A DNA stretch of 64,000 nucleotides. Source: Antedon mediterranea. Lineage: Eukaryota; Animalia; Echinodermata. Below, in pieces: positions 11,461 to 21,970 of the stretch. The notes beneath the pieces are model-generated. The model was not told the DNA's origin and did not search any database. It saw only the letters and a program-made list of their open reading frames with translations. Position 1 is the stretch's first letter, and every line of letters begins with the position of its first letter. The translations under genes and the position numbers were made by a program. The stretch spans positions 9,153,888 through 9,217,887 of the forward strand of contig NC_092676.1 in the NCBI RefSeq assembly GCF_964355755.1, read 5' to 3'.

Positions 11461-14227
11461 TTAGGCAATACTTTGTGGTTCAACAAAATGTGAATAAATA
11501 TCATTTACGATGGAAATTATGCCTGTAGTATTTTATGGGCTATTTCATGACACCTTCTAGAACTAATAATTTCAGGTATAATGCCTAATTCTGTCCAGCA
11601 CAACAAGATTTATACAAGAGTCATAGACACCATTCCAGTGAACTATATCGTGATTCGATTCGGAAAATATGGATATAAATATAAAAGCCACGTAAAATGT
11701 TAAGATACCTGCTGTTATCCGAGAATTTAATGACGTTGTTATCATTGCTGGTAGCTTGCGTTGACATCACCATCTTGAATAAAGAATGATCTTTTTCTTC
11801 TCCATCGATTACCATCTTACCCTTAAAAAACCAATGACGACTATGCTCACTAGAAAGAAGACAGAAAGCAAGAAAAAACCATTTGTAGGAATATTTTCAG
11901 GAATTTCTAAATACAGTAATGAAAGCTGAGAAATGTTGCATAGATGAAAAGAATTTAAGTAAAGAATGGTCTATGTCTTAGGATTATCCATGGTTACAAA
12001 TACTATTTTACTTTATTTTAGGCTAGAAGGCAAATAGACAATGCCACAATTGTTTTTCACCTGTTTTTTTTTTCAGGTATATATTGAGGCAGATGGTATC
12101 TTTGTTCTTTTTGACTGTTTTACTTCATTTACTTTATTTTTACCTCATTTTGATTTAGCTATTTAGCATATTCTATTTATATCTCTATCCAATCACTGAT
12201 AAACTCACAGCATTGCAATACTGTATTTTCAATAATTTAGGTTTGTATTAAAATTAAATAAAGATATTACTTTTAAAAGACAGTAAAGAATGTAAATAAA
12301 TATTCATGACCATCATTCACAGATGGTAAAACTTCATGCGACTAAAACTAAAGTGCTTTGTACCTGTTAGACTGAGCCAAGTCAAAGAGTTCAACACTTG
12401 TTGGATTCCGTTTAACCTTTTCAATAAACATGTTGGTGTAAAAGTCTATGTCCCACGTATCAAAGGCAAGTCCTGCAGTAAAGAATAATACAAAATGTTT
12501 ATAATGCAATATTAATAATAGAAATCTTCATAAACCATTTATTGGTCATGATAAGCTTTGGTTTATAAATTCAATAACAATGAATTCTTAAATGAACAAT
12601 GTATCCACAGACCGATTAAATAATTACTGTACAGTAATATTAACTGGTTACTAGAACACACTTAAAAGAATATGAAATCATGTTGGATGTTAAGCTAAAT
12701 GTAATGTTAAAGACCTATTCCCTACAATTTTTGCCTTGTCTTTTCTGTTTTATGGTAAATTATGATAAAAAGAATGAAACAATACACATGCACAATGCAT
12801 GTTATGATTTATAGAAAGTCTCTAAATGATTAGAATCAACTAATTTTTTAAATTTTTAACAGTTTTAAAGACGAAAAAGTTATCGCATACATATTTATTT
12901 TTACATTAAATGTAGTTTGTGACCTATAATTAGATCTAAAAACGTAGGAAATGGGACTTTAATCATAATATAATGATATACAGTATCAACACAAAGTTAC
13001 CTATATTAATTTTAAAGTTAAGTTAATAATAGAAAAAACTGAAATAGAATTAAAAAACACAGGAGTTTAACACAGTTCAAAGTTCATCTATACTTGGGGA
13101 ACATGATTGAGAGTACTACAATCACCTAATTCTTTGTTTGCCTTTTCCAGAGCAACTTTCCCTTCACCTATAACATCAATTTCAAAGACTTCTTCTGGTT
13201 TAGCTTTAATTTCAAAGCTGCTGATTGGTTCGTGGTAGCGACATTCCGTCATACGATCGTGAAGTACGGCTACCAGTAGATTCTCTTCCTCGGGGCTGAT
13301 AGACGCAGCAATGCCATGATCGTCGGCTACGTTTATAAGATAGCAAATAGAACGCTCAATACGAGTCACATGGTTGATTCCAGCTGATTGGCAGATTGAG
13401 ACGGCATTTGTTGACCAGGCCGTAGAGAATTTCAACCTGTGTGTATAAAAATTAAACTTATTATATCATATACAGTAGATAGTGTAATGTCCATGATATT
13501 AAATATACAGTCAACATATTCTGCCATGCATGTTTATGCCCACCTTTCTTAATTTATGCCTATTACCTTGTTGAACAACAAAAATTATGACTTTTACTTT
13601 TTCAGATATTACCTACCGAATAACAAAACATACAGTATTATTTATTAATACTTATTCTCAACTGAAACCGACACTAATACTGTACGACTAGAAAAGAAGG
13701 GTATTTTGTTAATTAAAAAACATTTTCTGACCTAGGCCCAATTTCAATCAGAAGTCCATCAGGTTCTTGATCATCTTCAACTATGATTGACTTGGTCAGC
13801 AGGCTAAATTCTTCAAAAGGGGTACCTAAGATCCATTGTATTTTCTTCTGTTCTTCACCACTGAGGCAATCTATGAAAATAATACACAGTTTAATTGACA
13901 TTTTCAAAATAATATTAGTTTGGCAAAACAATTTATTAAAATTTAAATTAGAAAGGAAGAGTACCTACCTCCGTTTACTTCCACATTAAAACAAATTTCC
14001 GTTTTTAAATCTTGCAATTTAGAATTTTCCAACTGCTTTGCTAATTTCTTCCACAAAACATTTGAAGCCCCTGGGAGTAATGCCGGACTTTTATAAAACC
14101 GAGTAATGATAGTCATATTCTTTAAAAAAATAAATTATTAAATATTAGATCTATATTATTTTATATATTATTATTTATTATTATTGATGTTTACACTAAA
14201 AAAGTATAACTATAAAGTATATGACTT

Positions 14228-17200
14228 ATAATAATAATAATAAGCTTTATTTAATCACGGATACTTAACTTCAACTGAAAGTTGTTTTTCAGTAAGACCG
14301 TGTTTAAAGGAAAACACCAACAAAAATAAATGTAAAAAGACCTTAATTACTATCAAAAGAGATAAAAAAAAAAAAACCAATTACAATGAAATAAAATGAA
14401 ACAAGGGTACACTTACTAACTATAAAATTAAATAATACACTACAGTACATTTAAATAAAGCTACATGAAATTAGCAGTTAACAGTTTCTTAAAAAGAGAG
14501 ACACTGTTCACATTTTTAATATCTTCATTTAGCTCATTCCTAACCTTGGCACCTCTATATGATAAGCTACGTTTTTGGTTTTGGTACTATTAAATTTGGC
14601 TTAGTTCTAATATTATAGTAATTGTTTTTGATATTGAATTTATTTTTATTAAATATGGAGGTGCAAGGTTGTTCATAATCTTAAACATAACAAAAGCTTC
14701 ATTTACATATAATATTTCATCTAAGTTCATCCAATTTAGACTTTGTAGAGCTTGAGTACTAGAGTGATCTGTAATTCGCGTAGCTTCAGAGTCGATGTGG
14801 CAAGGTTAGATGGTGGTTGTTGTACGGTATCACCAAGCACATCAAACGTGTTACTTGAGATTGTGCTAATGCCATTTTGTTTACAGTATAGATTAGGTTT
14901 AGATACAAACTTTTTGGGTATTGCTAAACTGCGCAAACACTGCGCAAACAACAACAAAAGCTGCGCAAACCTCCTTCAAAACAATTATTATTGATTAGAA
15001 CACAACTAGAACTATATAGGGAGACAATTTATGGGAAAAAGAATTTAAAATTCCTTTAAGTTTGCCTTTTTTTGGGTGAAAAACTTCAATTTTTGGGAAA
15101 ATTACTGATTTAACAGCGCAAAGAACAAAAAAAGCTGCGCAAACCTCTTTCAAAACAATTAATATTGATAGAACACAACTAGAACTATATAGTGAGACAA
15201 TTTATGGGGAAAAAAATTGAAATTCCTTTAAGTTTGCCTTTTTTTGGGTGAAAAACTTCAATTTTTGGGAAAATTACTGATTTCACAGCGCAAACAACAA
15301 AAAAAGCTGCGCAAACCTCCTTTAAATCAATTAATATTGATTAGATAACAACTAGAACTATATAGGGAGACAATTTATAGGAAAACAAATTTGAATTTCC
15401 TTTGAGTTTGCCTTTTTTTGGGTGAAAAACTTCAATTTTTGGGAAAATTACCGATTTCACAGCGCAAACCCCCAAAAAAGCTGCGCAAACCTCCTTCAAA
15501 ACAATTAATATTTATAGAACACAACTAGAACTATATAAGGAGACAATTTATGGGGAAAAAATTTGAAATTCCTTTAAGTTTGCCTTTTTTTGGGTGAAAA
15601 ACTTCAATTTTTGGGAAAATTACTGATTTCACAGCACAATTTGCCTTTTTTTGGGTTAAAAACTATTAATGTTAAGTAAACTTAAAGGAATTTCAAATTT
15701 GTCTTCCCATAAATTGTCTCCCTATATAGTTTAGTTGTTATCTATCAATATTAATTGATTTAAAGGAGGTTTGCGTAGCTTTTTTTGTTGTTTGCGCTGT
15801 GAAATCAATAATTTTCCCAAAAATTGAAGTTTTTCACCCAAAAAAAAGAAAACTTAAAGGAGTTTCAAATTTGTTTTCCCATAAATTGTCTCCTTATATA
15901 GTTCTAGTTGTTATCTAATCAATATTAATTGATTTAAAGGAGGTTTGCGCAGCTTTTTTTTTTGGTTTGCGCTGTGAAATCAGTAATTTTCCCAAAAATT
16001 GAAGTTTTTTACCCAAAAAAAGGCAAACTTAAAGGAATTTTAAATTTTTTCCCCATAAATTGTCTCCCTATATAGGTCTAGTTGTGTTTTAATCAATATT
16101 AATTGATTTAAAGGAGGTTTGCGCAGCTTTTTTTGGAGGTTTGCGCTGTGAAATCAGTAATTTTCCCAAAAATTGAAGTTTTTACCCAAAAAAAGGCAAA
16201 CTTAAAGGAATTTTAAATTTTTTCCCCATAAATTGTCTCCCTATATAGGTCTAGTTGTGTTTTAATCAATATTAATTGATTTAAAGGAGGTTTGCGCAGC
16301 TTTTTTTGGAGGTTTGCGCTGTGAAATCAGTAATTTTCCCAAAAATTGAAGTTTTTCACCCAAAAAAAAGAAAACTTAAAGGAATTTCAAATTTGTTTTC
16401 CCATAAATTGTCTCCTTATATAGTTCTAGTTGTTATCTAATCAATATTAATTGATTTAAAGGAGGTTTGCGCAGCTTTTTTTTTAGGTTTGCGCTGTGAA
16501 ATCAGTAATTTTCCCAAAAATTGAAGTTTTTTACCCAAAAAAAGGCAAACTTAAAGGAATTTTAAATTTTTTCCCCATAAATTGTCTCCCTATATAGGTC
16601 TAGTTGTGTTTTAATTAATATTAATTGATTTAAAGGAGGTTTGCGCAGCTTTTTTTGGAGGTTTGCTCTGTGAAATCAGTAATTTTCCCAAAAATTGAAG
16701 TTTTTCACCCAAAAAAAGTCAAACTTAAAGGAATTTTATATTTTTTCCTCATAAATTGTCTCCCTATATAGGTCTAGTTGTGTTTTAATCAATATTAATT
16801 TTTTTTTTTTTTGCGCAGTGTTTGCGCAGTTTAGCAATACCCAACTTTTTAGGTAGTTCAAATTCAGGTTCACTTGCAATATTCTGTAAACTAAGAATTT
16901 GTTGCTCAAGAGACCAGTTTCTTTCACTCATTTCTTTAAAAGCTTTACTAAGGTGAACAAAATTTGAATGGATTTCTTGAATTAGTGTAGCTGTTGTTTT
17001 AATTCAGAAACTTTCTCATCAGTTTGCTTTATTTTCAGCTTTAGTGATGGGATATGGTCCCATTATTTAGGTGTTTGAGTTGAACAATCAATTGCTTTCA
17101 CAAACTCAGAGGATTTACAATTCTGACTGTATTCGTTGAGTGTTATTTCTTCAATTAACGGCGCTGTTCCAATATTTAGCTCGTCTTTTTTTATTTCCTT

Positions 17201-17680
17201 TCATAATCATAGCTTAATTTTCTGAATAGATCAATATTATCAGGAGTCGATGTTTCAAATGCAAGCCTATCAAAATGACTTCTAAGTTCATCATATGCAA
17301 AGCCATAAAAGCTAGAGTTTGTTATATCTAGAATGCTTGGAGCTTTTATATGACCATAGCTAGGCCACTAGTTTTCCATTGTTAGCTTTATTTGAAATTG
17401 GGCGGAAAAAGCTTGTGTACTTACTTGAACAATAGAAAGCTGGTGCATCAATTGTTCTTGCTTGAGCCTAAGATCCTCAACATGAAAAAACACTTAATAT
17501 CCTGCTTATAATATTGACTTTGACAATAAAAATTACATCTCCATGTTGAGAAAACAACAGTTTAGACAATTTATCAGTCACTAGCTGGTAGAAAGTTGAA
17601 AACTAATTTATAGAGAAGATTTTTCAATAGCTTTTTTCAAGAGCTTCTTGGCTTGGCTAAGACTGTCGAAACTGGTTTTA
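14228..17680 (-). mobile_element. Internally deleted CR1/L2-like LINE (ORF1-like part fused to ORF2 C-terminus), interrupted by the foldback element; also ~38378-41560 and ~59870-63050
   Basis: ORF2 end ITDHSSTQALQSLNWMNLDEILY...MFKIMNNLAPPYL...SYRGAKVRNEL...SLFKKLL, then a 3' stem-loop, AATAAA and (TTA)n tail. The upstream coiled-coil-like frame contains SNTFDVL, similar to the NRFxxL motif of LINE ORF1. The 5' limit is approximate. Confidence 0.72.
14916..16842. mobile_element. Foldback-type non-autonomous DNA transposon: two inverted arms of ~173-bp tandem repeats, 8-bp TSD AACTTTTT
   Basis: Termini GGGTATTGCTAAACTGCGCAAAC / GTTTGCGCAGTTTAGCAATACCC; aacttttt at 14908-14915 and 16843-16850; repeat period 172-174; orientation flips near 15665. 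Confidence 0.9.
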
Positions 17681-17685
17681 ATTAA

Positions 17686-18233
17686 AGATGTATTGTCCCT
17701 TTGACTAATTCCAAAAAAATAAAAAATAAAAGATTTCAAAAAAAGGTGGGTCATTTTGAAGTATCATAATAGTTATTAACTATCACCAAAAATGTTTCGA
17801 AAAAAAAAAATTTTTAACTGAAATACAGACGTTTTTTTGTTAAAAAAATAACTTTGACTTCCAGTCAAAGTTTTCAATCAAAACATATCCCATAATGAAA
17901 CGCGTTTGTTTGGCTACTCTGTATGCATAATCATAAAACTTCCTCATGATCTGTGTGAAAATACCTTCTTAACCGTGACGAGTTGTAAACAATCCTAATT
18001 TAGCATATGCATAATGCGTACTCATGGTTTGAAATCTTTGTTTACTTTCGCTCGTGACGATTTTCCAGATGAAATGTAATCAAACTAATTTACCTGTTAA
18101 TTACGTAAACTTGTTGTTTTTGGCTCAAATTTTCGACTTAAAGTGAATAACTTTAATATTACTTTGATATGGCCACTTTAAATTTAGAATATTTTGACCT
18201 TCATTTTTTTGTGTTTCAAGGGACAATACATCT
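17686..18233. mobile_element. Kolobok-like MITE (548 bp), unit 1 only
   Basis: TTAA TSD and 16-bp TIR AGATGTATTGTCCCTT; the empty site with one fewer TTAA is seen in unit 2 (~43355-43370). Confidence 0.85.
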
Positions 18234-18610
18234 TTAATTAATTTTATCCTAAAAAAGTACAAGATTGCCCATATATTATAGGCTATCTAGGACCAGGTTC
18301 TTTCTATAAATATATGCTAGGCTATATTTATATGTAACTCGGCGTTTACGTCAAAAAAACATGAGCCTGGTTTTTATTTAGTAGGCCTAGCCTAGTCGAC
18401 AACATCATTCCCGCACTTCCATCGTTCATTTTATAAGTAGTCCGTTCTAAATAAAAGGGCCTACCCTAGGCCTAGCTAGCTAGGCTTACCTGCCCATTAG
18501 GCCTAGCCTAAATTGTAGTCATCAGAAAGAGCACTAATCAAAAAACAGATACACAACAAGTAATCAATGATATATCAATAATTTAACACACAAACAGAAA
18601 ATGAAACCAA

Positions 18611-18790
18611 CTTACAGTATGTTTAGAACGGGGCTAAGCTTGCAAACAAATACTGTGTAGGCCTACTACTCTCTCCGCGAGCGTAAACATTATTTAATCC
18701 ACATGTGTTCGGTCATAGAGAAAAGTTTACTTTCTATTGACTATGGTTCGGTACGGTCTGATGATTTTGAAGAGCGCCACCAATAATTTA
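18611..18790 (-). promoter_or_regulatory. Candidate PFAS non-coding first exon / promoter (also ~43738-43925)
   Basis: The PFAS ATG lies 3 nt after an acceptor-like tttttttaaag, implying an upstream UTR exon. There is a strong donor ACT/GTAAGT at 18615 beside a CpG-containing patch and a GGTGGCGCT motif. Confidence 0.4.
18714..18745. mobile_element. 32-bp CATAG...CTATG P-like footprint with perfect 7-bp TSD GTTCGGT (unit 2 variant at 43846)
   Basis: gttcggt-catagagaaaagtttactttctattgactatg-gttcggt. Confidence 0.7.
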
Positions 18791-20059
18791 GTAAGTGAGT
18801 CAAAAGGTTGATACGAAGAATTAATAATGTCATTGAATGATATAATAATTGCATAATAATAAAGTAATACTAATTATAATCGAATGAAGAAATGATACAT
18901 TTATTCTATAATATCATTCGTAATAAAAAATATTTACACAATTACGATTATTGACTCATTTAAAATCATGAACGACGCGAGTTGCGAACCTTTCAATTGA
19001 TTTGATTAAAAATGACTATAGGAGGCTCCAAATATCTACGAAATATGTTATCCGAGATACAGAACAAAGAATTTGTAACTTCCAATTGAATATTTTTAAT
19101 GACAGTAAATATGAAAATGTGTGTGTTTATTGGAGTGTGCATATCCATTCAACAGTATCGACTGTAAACATCGTGAGGTGGTTTCCACATTCGTATGATC
19201 AAACGGTAGCCTACAGGGTATGATCAACTAGCGTTCGTGTTCCCACCTATAATCATCCATTCATAGAAGTACTGATCATTAGGCGCAGGAGCCCCGGATA
19301 GCGTTACGAAGTCGTTAACTCTGTCAGCCCATGGTCAACCCAACTAATGTGTTTTTCCCAAGGACAACTTATCAATAACTAAACTTTGTCACCACCCATA
19401 AGTGTGCTGTTCATTTTCTATTGACCAATGAACACCAATGTAACTGGACCTGAGTTTCTTGCTATTCGACCTTGGGTGCAAATTATACAATTAATTGATG
19501 TTAAGGCCACTGACTACTCTTTTCTGTATAGAAACACTGAATTGACTGAATAATAAGAAAACCCTACAATAATTTCTACTACTACTTGATATGGTGTTAT
19601 ACAAGAACTATATTAAAAGAATTGAATGTATGGAGAATGAAAAGTTAAACGTTATAACTTATATGTAAAACATCACTTAGATGATATCTATCAGATATAT
19701 CATTTTCTAAAAATTGTTTCATTAGTTAGAATAGATCACGGAAAACCAATACTGATCTGGACTCGGAAATTCAAAATGTAGCAGACAACGTTTCACCAAT
19801 GACAACTTTCAAGACAAATAAAGTATCATAATTATCATGATATCCATTTTTATTTAATAACGATAAATGGATATAAATATTTCGTCTTTTTTGTTATTTT
19901 GTGATGGAAAATATATTGAGTGAACATTGGCACTAAGCTTAAATGTTCCCCGTCCCCTTAATGTCCGCTTTATAGGAGTGTCCCCTCAGTAAGGATTTGC
20001 TGTTTTTCCCCTTAATAATAAATTATGATGTCCATCTTATCCTCTCAATTTTAATGTGC

Positions 20060-20260
20060 TACACCCGATAATAGAATACACATCTAGCTCGTGTGTACTT
20101 TAAAGAACCTAGTACATCTTTCGAGACGAGTGGGGGGGGGGGGGGGTTACCCCGGTGTATTAGTACATCACAGCCACTGATCACCAACTGGGCCCTCTGG
20201 GAGACCAGTCTTTGACTGAAGAGGTTACCCAGTATAAATATATATTTCAATTCAATTCAA
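20060..20260 (+). mobile_element. SINE-like 3' fragment with (TTCAA)n tail, nested in the 3.7-kb element
   Basis: GC-richer segment ending ...gactgaagaggttacccagtataaatatatat(ttcaa)3. Confidence 0.45.
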
Positions 20261-20261
20261 T

Positions 20262-21970
20262 AGAATAACTGTACAGTAGGCTCCCATTTGATGCAATGTG
20301 TTACCCAATGTGCTCAATTTGATTGTGCTACCCAAATTCATGCTATCCATTTGAAATGATTTGCTATCCATTTGAAAGAATGTGCTACCCGATAATCCGT
20401 ATAGAATAATGTACAGTACAATTATATCCATTTGATTGTGCTACCTAATGTGCTATCCATTTGAAATAATGTGCTATCCATTTGAAAAAATTTGCTATCC
20501 ATTTGAAAGAATGTGCTACCCGATAATCCGTATAGAATTGTACAGTACAGTACTATATCCATTTGATTGTGCTACCCAATGTGCTATCCATTTGAAAGAA
20601 TGTACTATCCATTTGAAAGAATGTGCTACCCGATAATCCGTATAGAATAATGTACAGTACTATATCCATTTGATTGTGCTACCTAATGTGCTATCCATTT
20701 GAAAGAATGTGCTACCCGATAATCCTTATAGAATATGTACAGTACTATATCCATTTGACTGTGCTACCTTATGTGCTATCCATTTGAAAGAATGTGCTAC
20801 CCGATAATCCGTATAGAATAATGTACAGTACTATATCCATTTGACTGTGCTACCTAATGTGCTATCCATTTGAAAGAATGTGCTACCCGATAATCCTTAT
20901 AGAATAATGTACAGTACTATATCCATTTGATTGTGCTACCCAATGTGCTATCCATTTGAAAGAATGTGCTACCCGATAATCCTTATAGAATAATGTACAG
21001 TACTATATCCATTTGGCTGTGCTACCTAATGTGCTATCCATTTGAAAGAATGTGCTACCCGATAATCCGTAGGCTATAGAATAATGTACAGTACAATTAT
21101 ATCCATTTGATTGTGCTACCTAATGTGCTATCCATTTGAAATAATGTGCTACCCGATAATCCTTATAGAATAATGTACAGTACTATATCCATTTGATTGT
21201 GCTACCCAATGTGCTATCCATTTGAAATAATGTGCTATTTGAAAGAATATGCTACCCGATAATCCGTATAGAATAATGTACAGTACAATTACATCCATTT
21301 GATTGTGCTACCTAATGTGCTATCCATTTGAAATAATGTGCTATCCATTTGAATGAATGTGCTATCCATTTGAAATAATTTTCTATCCATTTGAAAGAAT
21401 ATGCTACCCGATAATCCGTATAGAATAATGTACAGTAGGCCTACTATATCCATTTGACTGTGCTACCTAATGTGCTATCCATTTGAAATAATGTGCTACC
21501 CGATAATCCTTATAGAATAATGTACAGTACTATATCTATTTGATTGTGCTACCCAATGTGCTATCCATTTGAAATAATGTGCTATCCATTTTAAATAATG
21601 TGATATCCATTTGAAAGAATGTGCTATCCATTTGAAATAGGCCTAATGTGCTATCCATTTGAAAGAATGTGCTACCCGATAATCATAGAATAATGTACAG
21701 TACTATATCCATTTGATTGTGCTACCTAATGTGCTATCCATTTGAAATAATGTGCTATCCATTTGAAAGAATGTGCTATCCATTTGAAAGAATGTGCTAT
21801 CCATTTGAAAGAATGTGCTACCCGATAATCCGTATAGAATGCACAGTACAGTTATATCATAGTTATATCCATTTGATTGAGCTATCTATTGTGCTATCCG
21901 TTTGAACTAATGTGCTGTCTGTTTGAAATAATTCAGGTTTTTTTTAAATATGTTTTGCTATCCATTTTAA
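20262..21970. repeat. Compound minisatellite: 21-bp AATGTGCTATCCATTTGAAAG units interleaved with a ~60-bp unit (higher-order repeats of ~80 bp and longer)
   Basis: Directly visible periodicity; produces MCYPFER periodic pseudo-ORFs. Confidence 0.95.

Larger units (their letters stand above)
5469..14116 (-). pseudogene. PFAS: PFAS (phosphoribosylformylglycinamidine synthase) copy 1, frameshifted
   Basis: ATG at 14116 ([11 protein letters not shown]...). About 21 GT-AG exons encode [53 protein letters not shown] and MPHPER; stop at 5469. A 38-bp deletion at 7226/7227 relative to copies 2 and 3 gives a TAG at 7205-7207. Confidence 0.88.

Noticed and set aside
5469-14116. Viral FGARAT (herpesvirus-type) or bacterial purL horizontal transfer
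   Set aside because: About 20 spliceosomal introns, metazoan-like sequence, intact catalytic motifs, and no viral or bacterial neighbouring genes.
20436-21905. Cys-rich periodic ORFs (MCYPFERMCYPFER...)
   Set aside because: Translation of the 21-bp minisatellite; frequent stops and no gene structure.
20262-21970. CRISPR-like repeat/spacer appearance
   Set aside because: The intervening segments are themselves repeats, the context is eukaryotic, and there are no cas genes.
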